This document shows, one piece after another, positions 36,725 to 46,488 of a DNA stretch of 49,951 bases. The translations under genes were made by a program, and so were the position numbers. A model generated the notes under the pieces. It was not told the origin of the DNA. It did no database searches and saw only the letters and a program-made list of their open reading frames with translations. Location of the stretch: assembly GCA_017986195.1 (NCBI GenBank), contig JAGNWC010000001.1:1-49951 (forward strand), written 5' to 3'. How positions within the stretch are numbered: the stretch's first letter is position 1; each line of letters begins with the position of its first letter. Source of the stretch: Hydromonas sp. GTDB taxonomy: Bacteria > Pseudomonadota > Gammaproteobacteria > Burkholderiales > Burkholderiaceae.

Positions 36725-39181
36725 TTAGAAGGAAGTTCCCATTTGGAATTGGAACTTCTGTAGAATGTCATTCGGTTTTTTCTTAATCGGCAAGCCATAA
36801 CTGAATTTAAGCGGTCCAATAGGAGAATTCCAAACCAAACCCATACCGTAAGAATAGCGCATGCCTTGGCTGCCACTGATGACATATGGATTATTATCAG
36901 CCCACAAACCCGCCGCATCGGTAAATAAGAATAATCTGGCTTGCTTGCTTTTGGTCATCCCTGGAATCGGGAATTGAAACTCCAAATTGGCAATCACACG
37001 TTTATTGCCACCCGTGTACACATCGCCAGTATTAGAGCCGTTATTGGGGTTGGCAAGTTCGCGAGGTCCTACTTTGCCACTTTCATAACCGCGCACCGAG
37101 CCCAAACCACCCGCATACAAGTTACTATAGAACGGATACACAGAACCAGATAAGCCCTTGCCATAATCCAGTTCGGTATTCAAAGCCAAAGTAAATCGTT
37201 TGCCCAATGGAATGAATTGCTGATATTGATATGATAAATGATAGTACTTTAAATCCCCAAAGGGAACCACATCACCTAACACACGATGAAATTGACCACG
37301 ACTCGGCATTAAACGTGAATCACGGGTATCATAACTCCAACCCAAATTCAGACCATAGGTCATGAAACTGTTTTTACCTTTACCATAGGTGTCCATAAAT
37401 TTTAAGAAACTCACTGGGCTGGCGTTTTTATCTAAAGTAATCTTGTTATGTTCAGGATTGATACCCACATAAACGCGATGACGCTCTGACACAGGGATAC
37501 CGTACATTAATTTCAAACCCATGGTTTTATAGATAGTGTTCGATAAATCCAATTCGGAATAATCGGTTTTGCGATAGTAGGCGGACACGTCTTGACTGAT
37601 GCCGTTTTTGGTAAAATACGGGTTCCCTGTGGCAATACTCAGGTTTTGAGTGGCTTTGCTGGTATCCACCGCAACCGACAAGGAGTTACCCGTTCCCAAG
37701 AAGTTATTTTCAGTGATTGAGCCAGCCAGTGTCACGCTGTTGCTTGTGTTATAGCCGACTGAGAATTTCAAATCCCCAGTAGGTACTTCGTTCACAGCAT
37801 AGTTGACATCCACTTGATTGTTCGTACCTTCTACGGGTACGACTTCAGCCGCCACATCATCAAAAAACCCGAGTCGGTCAATGCGATCGCGCGAAAGTTG
37901 AACTTTTTGAGCATCAAACAAAGCACTTTCCATCTGTCTCACTTCACGACGGATGACTTCATCTTTGGTGCGCCCATTGCCACTGATATTGACGTTGCGC
38001 ACGTACACCCGCTCGCCTGGATTGACGGCAATTTGAACATCAACGGTGTGGTCGCTCGGATTAAGTTTGGGTTGAACTTCAACTTGACCCAGTGCATAAC
38101 CATCTTCGCCCAAACGTGTTTGCACTTTTCCAATGATTTTACTGATTTTGTCACGTGAATACACACTACCCAAGCGGTATTTAACCAGTTTATCTAAATC
38201 CGCTTTGGGTGTGCCCTTGGTATCGCCAACCAACGCAATGCTGCTGACACGGTATTGCTCACCTTCTTTAACCGTCAGTGCAATATCCACTCCACCATTC
38301 TTTGATTCCGATGGCTTAACCTGAACATCCGTAAAATCAAATTCCAAATAACCACGGTCATAATAATATGCACGGATGCTTTCAATATCAAATTTCAACC
38401 GCTCTTCAGAGTACAAGCTGTCTTTGGTATACCAAGAAAGAATCCCATTGGTATCCAAACTCATTGCTGTTCGCAAAGCATAATCAGACACGCGCGTGTT
38501 GCCATCAATCGAAATTTTACGGACTTTAACTGCCTTACCTTCTTCGACTTTAATGACCACACCCACTTGATTGCGATCCTGTTTGGTCACCTCTGTAGTG
38601 ATCTTCGCGGACAGCAAACCAGCCTCTTGATACATTCGGGCAAACTCACTTTTCACTTGCTCAACTTTGGCGGCATCAAAAGGCAATCCTTGCGCCAAAC
38701 CATTGGATTTCAAGCCAGCCAATATGGCTTTTTTATCAAACTGCTTCATGCCTTGAATACTTAACTCCGAGATGACGGGGCGCTCATTCAGTTTGATTTT
38801 AAGTACTGTGTCACTCAACGACAAATCCACATTTTCGTACAAACCAGATCCATATAAGGCTTTGCTAACTTGCTGCGCCGTATCCGCTGAAAATCTATCG
38901 CCAATTTTGACAGGTATCAAGTTAAATACAGTCGCGGGATCGCTTCTTTGCACACCCTCAACCACAACGTCTGACAAAATTACAAATGATGTTGCTTCGC
39001 TCTTTGCCACGGCTTTTGCGGCAGAAGACTTTTTAACTGTGGTCGGTTGCGTGGCGTTTTGTTCAGCGGTTTGCGTACTTGTTTGCGCAAACACTGGATT
39101 TGCCATCACAGCACCAACCATCAGCACAGCCAAGTAACCTGGCGCAAAGCGTAAAAAAATCGGTTTGTCAGACATATTCAT
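36725..39181 (-). CDS. bamA: Outer-membrane protein assembly factor BamA
   Basis: 818 aa with a signal peptide, five POTRA-like repeats and a C-terminal 16-strand barrel ending ..FQFQMGTSF. Confidence 0.95.
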   Translation of the reverse strand: MNMSDKPIFLRFAPGYLAVLMVGAVMANPVFAQTSTQTAEQNATQPTTVKKSSAAKAVAKSEATSFVILSDVVVEGVQRSDPATVFNLIPVKIGDRFSADTAQQVSKALYGSGLYENVDLSLSDTVLKIKLNERPVISELSIQGMKQFDKKAILAGLKSNGLAQGLPFDAAKVEQVKSEFARMYQEAGLLSAKITTEVTKQDRNQVGVVIKVEEGKAVKVRKISIDGNTRVSDYALRTAMSLDTNGILSWYTKDSLYSEERLKFDIESIRAYYYDRGYLEFDFTDVQVKPSESKNGGVDIALTVKEGEQYRVSSIALVGDTKGTPKADLDKLVKYRLGSVYSRDKISKIIGKVQTRLGEDGYALGQVEVQPKLNPSDHTVDVQIAVNPGERVYVRNVNISGNGRTKDEVIRREVRQMESALFDAQKVQLSRDRIDRLGFFDDVAAEVVPVEGTNNQVDVNYAVNEVPTGDLKFSVGYNTSNSVTLAGSITENNFLGTGNSLSVAVDTSKATQNLSIATGNPYFTKNGISQDVSAYYRKTDYSELDLSNTIYKTMGLKLMYGIPVSERHRVYVGINPEHNKITLDKNASPVSFLKFMDTYGKGKNSFMTYGLNLGWSYDTRDSRLMPSRGQFHRVLGDVVPFGDLKYYHLSYQYQQFIPLGKRFTLALNTELDYGKGLSGSVYPFYSNLYAGGLGSVRGYESGKVGPRELANPNNGSNTGDVYTGGNKRVIANLEFQFPIPGMTKSKQARLFLFTDAAGLWADNNPYVISGSQGMRYSYGMGLVWNSPIGPLKFSYGLPIKKKPNDILQKFQFQMGTSF

Positions 39182-39235
39182 CCTATTTCGTTTTATGTTT
39201 TCAATTATGTGAACATGGGTTATCTCAAGATAAAC

Positions 39236-40618
39236 TTAAGTAAACCAGCGCATATCGTTCAACAATGCAGTCCCCATCAAAATCAACAGCAAGATGAGTC
39301 CTATTTTTTGCCCAATAACGAGCATTTTTTCGGGCAGTGGCTTACCTCTGACCACTTCTGCCGCGTAGTATACCAAATGACCACCGTCTAATACAGGTAT
39401 TGGCAATAAATTTAATGTACCCAAACTGACCGATAATATCGCCAAAAACCCGAGAAATTGTGTGAATCCATTCTGCGCGCTGTTGCCTGCATGTTTGGCG
39501 ATGGTCACAGGACCACCAATATTTTTAACACTCAAATGCCCTGTGAGCACCTTGTACAAACCTTTTAGATTCAAACCAATCTGCTCAACCGTGGTATCCA
39601 CTCCCAAATACGCCGCCCGCAAAAACCCTCGCTGCTCACTCACCATTTGAAAGTTTGCCGCCACCTGCACACCAATCCGACCAATCACGATTGGCTCTTG
39701 CCCCGCTTGCACCACGGGTAAAGTCTCTGCCTGCGGCACCAGTTCCAAGGTAGACACTTGGTTATCACGACGCACCATCAGGCGCACAGGTTTATTAGGG
39801 CTGGCGTGTATGGTGTCTAAAATTTGATTGCCCGATGCGAGCGCGCCGTTGATACCGATGAGTTCATCATTGGCTTTGATGCCTGCTTTTTCTGCGGCTG
39901 AATTTGGAACCACTTGCGCAATGCGCGCGGTTTTTTGATACAACGCCATGCCCAAACGCTCTTGCCAATTGACTTGATCCAAACTGATGCTGTCCAAATT
40001 CAAAGCGTCGCTTGTGTGGATGTTTCCCTGCGCATCGCGCCATTGCAACCGCATCGTTTCTTGCCCCAACAAGGCTTTAATCACCACGCGTTGTGCTTGT
40101 GGGTAATTCTCAATCGACGTTTGATTGATGGCAAGCAAGGTGTCGCCATCTTTGATACCCACACTCGCTAACGCAGAATTTGCAGACGGCGCGGCCAGCA
40201 CCGCGGCGGGCATCTGCGCCGTGCCGTATTGCAAACCTGCGAACACAATGGCGGCAAACAATAAATTCACCACAGGCCCTGCCGCGACAATCGCCATGCG
40301 TTGCCACACCGAGCAAGCCGCAAAACTGCCTTTTTCAGCTTCGGTTTGCGCCTCTGAGGTAGCAATCGTGTATTCACCGCGCATTTTGACATAGCCGCCC
40401 AAAGGAATCATCGCCAAGCAAAATTCTGTACCTTCAGCATTTTTCCACGTAAACAAGGGCTTGCCAAAACCAATCGAGAATTTTTCAATCGCCACACCAC
40501 AACGTTTGGCGACCCAATAGTGCCCCCACTCATGGATGGTGACCAACACCAAAATGGCGACTAAAAACGAGAGAAAATAGACCAAAATTAAACCTTCCGT
40601 ATGTATTCTGTTGCCCAA
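39236..40618 (-). CDS. rseP: RIP zinc metalloprotease RseP
   Basis: HEWGHYWVAKR (HExxH), two PDZ domains and NLLPIPVLDGGH. The ATG at 40618 overlaps dxr by 31 nt. An alternative TTG at 40585, preceded by GGAAGG, would abut the dxr stop. Confidence 0.9.
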   Translation of the reverse strand: MGNRIHTEGLILVYFLSFLVAILVLVTIHEWGHYWVAKRCGVAIEKFSIGFGKPLFTWKNAEGTEFCLAMIPLGGYVKMRGEYTIATSEAQTEAEKGSFAACSVWQRMAIVAAGPVVNLLFAAIVFAGLQYGTAQMPAAVLAAPSANSALASVGIKDGDTLLAINQTSIENYPQAQRVVIKALLGQETMRLQWRDAQGNIHTSDALNLDSISLDQVNWQERLGMALYQKTARIAQVVPNSAAEKAGIKANDELIGINGALASGNQILDTIHASPNKPVRLMVRRDNQVSTLELVPQAETLPVVQAGQEPIVIGRIGVQVAANFQMVSEQRGFLRAAYLGVDTTVEQIGLNLKGLYKVLTGHLSVKNIGGPVTIAKHAGNSAQNGFTQFLGFLAILSVSLGTLNLLPIPVLDGGHLVYYAAEVVRGKPLPEKMLVIGQKIGLILLLILMGTALLNDMRWFT

Positions 40619-41796
40619 GCACGGGCTTGCGCATCAACCGCGCAAATATCGTCCAAATTATTCGGCGTGCCCAAAAGCAAGGTATTGAGTGCCTGCTCGT
40701 TGACACGGGCAATGTCCAAAAACCGTATGCGCTGATTTAAAAACGCATCCACGGCGATTTCATTGGCGGCATTCAACACAATCGAAGCCGAACCACCGCC
40801 TGCGTCGGCGCGCAGGGCATCAAATGCCAAACGCAAATTCACAAACTTACTCAAATCAGGCTCAAAAAAGGTCAGCGAGCCCGTTTGTGCCAAACCCATC
40901 ACATCTACCCCAGAGGCAAACCGCTCAGCGGGTGTGAAACAATGTGCCAACGCGTGCGCAATCGGGATGCGCATATCGGCATGACCCAATTGCGCCAAAC
41001 TCGAGCCATCGACATAATTGACCACTGAGTGAATCACGCTTTGCGGATGAATCACCACATTGATGGACTCAGGTGGCACATGGAACAACCAATGCGCCTC
41101 GATGACCTCCAAACCTTTGTTCATCATCGTCGCCGAATCGACCGAAATCTTGCGCCCCATACTCCAGCGCGGATGCGCGCAGGCTTCATCAGGCGTGATG
41201 TTTTGTAATTGCTCGATTGGCGTGTGTAAAAACGGCCCACCCGAGGCGGTCAAGGTCAAACTCGCCACGCCGCGCGTGTTCACACCCGTCACTGTGTCTG
41301 GACTGGCTGGCAAACATTGGTACAAGGCGTTGTGCTCGCTGTCAATCGGCAACAAACTCGCGCCATGATTGGCAATCGTGCTTGTCATCAACGCGCCCGC
41401 CATCACCAGGGATTCTTTATTGGCAAGCAATATTTTTTTACCTGCACGCGCCGCCGCCATCGTGGGCAACAAACCCGCCGCGCCAACAATCGCCGCCATC
41501 ACCGTAGTGACTTCAGGTGCGCGCGACACCTCGCACAAAGCCTCTACGCCGACCAAAACCTCGGTCATACACGATTGTTCATGCAAACGGGCGCGCAAAG
41601 TGGTCGCCACGTTCTCATCCAATACCACTGCAAATTTGGGCTGAAACTGTACACATTGCGCCGCCAACACATCCACTTGAGTGTGTCCTGTCAATGCAAA
41701 CACTGAGAATTTCTCGGGGTGTCGCGCCACCACGTCTAAGGTCGAGCAGCCAATAGAGCCTGTCGCGCCGAGTACTATTAAGATTTGTTGGGTCAT
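40588..41796 (-). CDS. dxr: 1-deoxy-D-xylulose-5-phosphate reductoisomerase
   Basis: LGATGSIGCSTLDV NADPH-binding motif, LANKESLV and DSEHNA motifs. Confidence 0.95.
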   Translation of the reverse strand: MTQQILIVLGATGSIGCSTLDVVARHPEKFSVFALTGHTQVDVLAAQCVQFQPKFAVVLDENVATTLRARLHEQSCMTEVLVGVEALCEVSRAPEVTTVMAAIVGAAGLLPTMAAARAGKKILLANKESLVMAGALMTSTIANHGASLLPIDSEHNALYQCLPASPDTVTGVNTRGVASLTLTASGGPFLHTPIEQLQNITPDEACAHPRWSMGRKISVDSATMMNKGLEVIEAHWLFHVPPESINVVIHPQSVIHSVVNYVDGSSLAQLGHADMRIPIAHALAHCFTPAERFASGVDVMGLAQTGSLTFFEPDLSKFVNLRLAFDALRADAGGGSASIVLNAANEIAVDAFLNQRIRFLDIARVNEQALNTLLLGTPNNLDDICAVDAQARAWATEYIRKV

Positions 41797-41825
41797 AAAT
41801 TATCCGTGCTTGTCCTCATGCGTGC

Positions 41826-42656
41826 TTATCCATGCGATAACCAACTGAGCAAAATAATTTGCAATGGCAGCACCGGCAAAATCGCATCAATGCGGTCTAA
41901 AATGCCGCCATGTCCAGGTAAGGATGCGCCGCTGTCTTTAACCCCTGCGCAACGCTTGAGCCACGATTCATACAAATCGCCCATAATGCTTTGATACGTA
42001 AGGAAAAAAGCAATGAACAACACTTGCCAAACCGATACGTTTAAATTTGCAAAACCATCGGGTTTGAGCCACAGCACAAACACCGCCACATACACCGTCA
42101 CCGCAAGCCATGCGCCAAGCGCACCTTCACGGGTTTTACCAGGGCTAATCGATGGTGCCAATTTATGTTTACCAAACGCGCGCCCTGTAAAATAAGCAGC
42201 CGTATCGGCAATCCAAACCACAAATAATAAACCCAACAAAAACCAGCCCTCAGCAGGCGATTGGCGTATGTACAAGAAACACACCCCAGCGGGCAGCAGC
42301 ACCAAAAGACCGCACAACCCCAAAACCCAACGATTGGACACACGCCAATTCATAAACAACCATGTAGGTACGACCAGCAACCAAAACGCCAGCGACATCA
42401 ACATGACAACCGAAAACACCCACGGATTGTTTTGGCGAGCAAAGGTAATCCACAGCAGTGCCAACAATATCGGCATGACCATCACATACAGCACCTTGCT
42501 CCATTGGCTGAACTTCGCCAAATTCGCCCACTCAGCTGCTGCCCAAGCCATCAGCAAAGCAATGCCAGCAAACCACACGCGCTCAGGCGCAAAAAACACC
42601 ATGCCCACAAACACGAAAAACATGATTAAGGCTGTAATGACGCGCTGTTTTAACAT
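41826..42656 (-). CDS. cdsA: Phosphatidate cytidylyltransferase
   Basis: Polytopic. C-terminal signature SWLKRCAGVKDSGASLPGHGGILDRID. Confidence 0.92.
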   Translation of the reverse strand: MLKQRVITALIMFFVFVGMVFFAPERVWFAGIALLMAWAAAEWANLAKFSQWSKVLYVMVMPILLALLWITFARQNNPWVFSVVMLMSLAFWLLVVPTWLFMNWRVSNRWVLGLCGLLVLLPAGVCFLYIRQSPAEGWFLLGLLFVVWIADTAAYFTGRAFGKHKLAPSISPGKTREGALGAWLAVTVYVAVFVLWLKPDGFANLNVSVWQVLFIAFFLTYQSIMGDLYESWLKRCAGVKDSGASLPGHGGILDRIDAILPVLPLQIILLSWLSHG

Positions 42657-42676
42657 CTTGTCCCCGAATGATTTTA

Positions 42677-43447
42677 TTATTTGGTAGGTTGCAATTGCGC
42701 ACTGGTGCGACCAAAGCGTCGTTCGCGCGTTTGATACGAATTGATCGCCTCAAAAAAAGCTTCGCGGTCAAATTCGGGCCAATATACAGGGGTGAAATAC
42801 AATTCGGTATAGGCCAGTTGCCACAGTAAGAAATTTGAAATACGCGCTTCGCCGCCCGTGCGGATAAATAAATCAGGCTCCGGTAAATCAGCCAGTTGTA
42901 GATAGGGACGCAACTCATCCTCATCCACATACGCGTCCACCGCGACACCATCACGTGCACGTGCCGCGAGCATTTGATTCATCGCATTCAAAATATCCCA
43001 ACGCCCACCATAATTCGCGCAAATCGTCAGCGTCATAACTTCACCATCAATTGTGGTGCTATGCGCCTGCGCAATTAAATCTTGAATGGTTTTGTCAAAC
43101 GCTTCCAGTGCCCCAATCACCTGCAAACGCACTCCATTGTCCGCCAAGGCTTTGATTTCACGGCGCAAACTGCGCATGAACAGCTTCATCAAAAACGAGA
43201 CCTCGGTCGGCGGACGACGCCAGTTTTCTGAACTGAACGCAAACAAGGTCAAATGACGCACCTTTAAATCCACACAGGCGCGCACCACTTCGCGCACCAT
43301 TTGCACCCCGCGTTTGTGTCCCCACACGCGCGGATAGCCGCGTGCTTGCGCCCAACGACCATTGCCATCCATGATGATGGCAACATGTTGAGGGATTTGA
43401 CCGACTTCTGGAACGGCTTGGGTACTGCTGATGGTGGTAGTATTCAT
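42677..43447 (-). CDS. uppS: Ditrans,polycis-undecaprenyl-diphosphate synthase
   Basis: [23 protein letters not shown] and IRTGGE.R.SNFLLWQ.AY.E motifs. Start at ATG 43447; the listed start at 43483 is a TTG. Confidence 0.92.
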   Translation of the reverse strand: MNTTTISSTQAVPEVGQIPQHVAIIMDGNGRWAQARGYPRVWGHKRGVQMVREVVRACVDLKVRHLTLFAFSSENWRRPPTEVSFLMKLFMRSLRREIKALADNGVRLQVIGALEAFDKTIQDLIAQAHSTTIDGEVMTLTICANYGGRWDILNAMNQMLAARARDGVAVDAYVDEDELRPYLQLADLPEPDLFIRTGGEARISNFLLWQLAYTELYFTPVYWPEFDREAFFEAINSYQTRERRFGRTSAQLQPTK

Positions 43448-43525
43448 ATCAATCAATATTAGTGGAAGCCTCGTCTGCGGCAAACATTCAGTGTGTTTGC
43501 CCGCACGACAATACCCCTTAAAATT

Positions 43526-44092
43526 TTAAACCTTCAAAATTTCCGCTTCTTTTTCGGTAATCATTTTATCGATTTCCGCAACAAATTTATCGGTCATTTT
43601 TTGTACATCGTCCTGCGCACGACGTTCCTCATCCTCGGTCACAGCTTTGTCTTTCAACAATTTTTTGAGCTGCTCATTGGCATCGCGGCGAATATTGCGC
43701 ACAGCGATTTTCGCGCCTTCGGCTTCTTGCTTGACCACTTTAACCAACTCTTTACGACGCTCCTCAGTCAAGGCAGGCATGGGCACACGAATGATGTCCC
43801 CCATAGACGCAGGGTTCAAACCCAAGTCTGACTCGCGAATCGCTTTCTCAACAGGGTTAAACATATTTTTTTCCCACGGCTGCACACCAATGGTGCGCGC
43901 ATCGATGAGGGTCAAGTTTGCCACTTGTGATAAAGGCGTGGGCGAACCGTAGTAATCCACATGGATTTGGTCGAGCAAACTCGGATGCGCGCGCCCCGTG
44001 CGCACTTTTGCTAAATCGTGTTGCAACGACTCAATCGATTTTTTCATTTTTTGGTCAGCGTTTTGCTTGACTTCGGATACAGACATATTCAC
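43526..44092 (-). CDS. frr: Ribosome recycling factor
   Basis: 188 aa with the typical RRF sequence (..L..V.TGRA.PSLLD.I.V.YYGS.TPL.QVA......ART..). Confidence 0.95.
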   Translation of the reverse strand: MNMSVSEVKQNADQKMKKSIESLQHDLAKVRTGRAHPSLLDQIHVDYYGSPTPLSQVANLTLIDARTIGVQPWEKNMFNPVEKAIRESDLGLNPASMGDIIRVPMPALTEERRKELVKVVKQEAEGAKIAVRNIRRDANEQLKKLLKDKAVTEDEERRAQDDVQKMTDKFVAEIDKMITEKEAEILKV

Positions 44093-44257
44093 TCCTTACT
44101 TATTTTTTTATTAACCCAACCCACACCACATGCGGTATGGAAAAACCTTGTCATTTTACTTCTTTTTTGATTTAAAAATTCAAACTTTCACAGCCTGTGC
44201 CATTATAATATAAGTCCTTGCAACACCCCCATACACAATCACATCCACGAGGTCTCT

Positions 44258-45442
44258 ATGAAATTACGCCAAACCGCTTATAAAACCGTATTCATTCTTG
44301 GCTTGAGTGTCAGTTTGTTTGGCTGTGCCACCCCTGAAATTCAAAAAATGTCTGCGATTGATGCGGTCAAATTTGGCAATACACAATTTTTTGAAATGCC
44401 CAATTATCGTTTTGATATGGATGCCAAATTACTCGATTTGCGCGTGACTGATAAAGCCAGTGATCCAAAATCCATCCGCTTTAATAAGTATATGAACTAT
44501 TTTGGCAAACACTTAACCTTTGGCAGTTCAGGCGTGATTGATACTGAAAACCAGCAATTCCAAATGATTCCGAGTTATGGCTTTGAATCAAAAAACGCCA
44601 AAGGCAGCATTCGCTTTCCAATCGTATATGACCATAAGCAAAAAATACTGTTTGCAGACTTATCGGCTTTGTCGGGTTTAATTACCGACGTAGAAAACGA
44701 AGGGAAATATTCAAAATTCAGCACCGCAAACCTGCCGATTCCCGCAGACGCCGATGTCAAATTGGTTCAACTGATGCGCAAATACGCCACGGTGTTTTAT
44801 GATGATTTAAAACCAGAAGCCTTTGTTGACCAGCCACTGACCGATACAGACCGCGCACAAAAAGCGGTACGCAAAATTCAAGTCACCATAAAACCGCAAG
44901 AAGCCTTGGAAAAACTCCCCATGATGTTACAAGACATTGCGGGGGTGTTTACCCCAGAAGGTCAAAAGCCCTCGACCTCATTACCAGATGCTGTCATCTC
45001 ACAAATGAAAGAAGAGATGAGTAAAGTGTTGGGCGAAAATTCCAAAGATGTGTACTCAATCGCCTTTAACCGCGCGGGACAAATCGTGTCGATGAACGCC
45101 GATTCGGTGTATGAAATGGATTTATCAAAAGCAGGCAAAACCGATGCTTCTGCCCCAGTGATGAACATGCGTTTTAACGTGAATATGAACGTCTCAGACA
45201 TCGGCACAGCCAAATTGATTGATCCACCCACAGTTGAGAACACTGTGGATGGTAAAGAAAATTTTAAAGGTGGGCTTTTAGGCGGTTTGTTTGCGGGGAA
45301 AAGCGATGAGGAACAAACTTCGAATGAAGTCACGGCAGATGCCATCGAAATAGATGCTGCGAGCGCAGTCAGCGCGGCAGCAGAAGACGCTACCCAAGCA
45401 ACCAACAAACCCACTCGAAAGAAAAAAACACGTCGAAAATAA
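44258..45442 (+). CDS. Hypothetical lipoprotein (394 aa) with an acidic low-complexity region and a polybasic C-terminal tail
   Basis: Lipobox (SLFGC). No domain recognised by eye. The C-terminus reads EEQTSNEVTADAIEIDAASAVSAAAEDATQATNKPTRKKKTRRK. Looks somewhat more AT-rich than its neighbours, by eye only. Confidence 0.6.
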   Translation: MKLRQTAYKTVFILGLSVSLFGCATPEIQKMSAIDAVKFGNTQFFEMPNYRFDMDAKLLDLRVTDKASDPKSIRFNKYMNYFGKHLTFGSSGVIDTENQQFQMIPSYGFESKNAKGSIRFPIVYDHKQKILFADLSALSGLITDVENEGKYSKFSTANLPIPADADVKLVQLMRKYATVFYDDLKPEAFVDQPLTDTDRAQKAVRKIQVTIKPQEALEKLPMMLQDIAGVFTPEGQKPSTSLPDAVISQMKEEMSKVLGENSKDVYSIAFNRAGQIVSMNADSVYEMDLSKAGKTDASAPVMNMRFNVNMNVSDIGTAKLIDPPTVENTVDGKENFKGGLLGGLFAGKSDEEQTSNEVTADAIEIDAASAVSAAAEDATQATNKPTRKKKTRRK

Positions 45443-45490
45443 CGATTTGTGAAAAATCCATCATGCGCTGTGTTCAGCGAATTCAGCATA

Positions 45491-45521
45491 CGAAAAGGGC
45501 AGAATCAATCTGCCCTTTTCG
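45491..45521. terminator. Hairpin between convergent genes (possible bidirectional terminator)
   Basis: 13-bp perfect stem cgaaaagggcaga/tctgcccttttcg with a 5-nt loop. There is no separate U-tract beyond the T-run within the stem. Confidence 0.45.
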
Positions 45522-45552
45522 ATGTGTTCACATTTTTTCTCGTGGCTTAATT

Positions 45553-45954
45553 TTATTGCCAATAATATTTGGCACTACAAGTCAAAGCAGTCTGTTTCAC
45601 CTCAGGGCGCGCAAATATTTTTTCGCCCACCGCCCGCAGGTTTTGTCGTTGACGCATTTGTTGCAACAAATGGTCGCGCTCAGCGCGCGATAAGTTTTGA
45701 TACACATCGCGCACCACACATTGACAGGTGTATTGCAAATGCGCGACAGGCATATTCAATTTTGAAATATAAGGATTGCTCGGTGCTTGTGCCACGCAGG
45801 TCTGCGTGGCAAGGTTTTGCCATGTGCGGGCATTGCTCATGGATGTGCGCACAGCCGCTTCATCCGCTTGTGCCATCATAGAAGCGCACAGCATGACACT
45901 CGCCAGACAACATCTGCGCACAACCGTCGCAACAACTACAACAGCCATCACCAA
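45553..45954 (-). CDS. Hypothetical small secreted Cys-containing protein
   Basis: Hydrophobic N-terminus ending ..SMMAQA. The mature part contains 4 Cys. No family recognised. Overlaps the upstream gene stop by 7 nt, suggesting an operon with it. The start is uncertain. Confidence 0.45.
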   Translation of the reverse strand: MVMAVVVVATVVRRCCLASVMLCASMMAQADEAAVRTSMSNARTWQNLATQTCVAQAPSNPYISKLNMPVAHLQYTCQCVVRDVYQNLSRAERDHLLQQMRQRQNLRAVGEKIFARPEVKQTALTCSAKYYWQ

Positions 45955-46472
45955 CCGCCGCGCACAAACCCACGAAAATGTGGATGGCGATTGTAATAAC
46001 GACCACCCCAGAATGGGTCAAAAAACGGATTGTAGAAGAAATGGTAACGCGGATAATCGTAATAATATGAATCACGACGTGGATGTGCGTCATTGTATTG
46101 CTTGAGCGCGTAGAGATATTCTTTAAGGAATGGGGCTTCACTTTCTTTTGGACAAACGCCCAAATACGTTTCACCCAACAAACCCACACGCTCACCATTG
46201 GCAGGGGTACAGTATTCAGCCAAACCTTCTTGATAAGCTTTGAGATAAGCGTTTTTAAACGCACCCACATCGCTCAAACTGCCATTGGATTGACAGGTCG
46301 TGATGATGTTGTTGGCGTTTTCAGTGGTGCGTCCCGAACGCCCATCCAACAAACCTTGGCTTTGTGGATTGACAGTTTTACACTGCTCAGGTGTGAGTGT
46401 CGCACACCCAGTGACCAATAATAGCAATGCGCCACCCAATAGCAGCCCCAATGATTTTTTGATAGTGTTCAT
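45948..46472 (-). CDS. Lipoprotein, DUF2799-like (assignment tentative)
   Basis: Strong GGAGG RBS before ATG 46472. Lipobox LLVTGC. Paired Cys and G..DG..G / Y..GL.EYCTP..G...G......GVCP pattern that I recall from DUF2799. Aromatic, Pro/Tyr/Phe-rich C-terminal tail. The longer ORF up to 46724 overlaps ftsK and was rejected. Confidence 0.6.
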   Translation of the reverse strand: MNTIKKSLGLLLGGALLLLVTGCATLTPEQCKTVNPQSQGLLDGRSGRTTENANNIITTCQSNGSLSDVGAFKNAYLKAYQEGLAEYCTPANGERVGLLGETYLGVCPKESEAPFLKEYLYALKQYNDAHPRRDSYYYDYPRYHFFYNPFFDPFWGGRYYNRHPHFRGFVRGGW

Positions 46473-46488
46473 CCCAACCTCCAACAGA

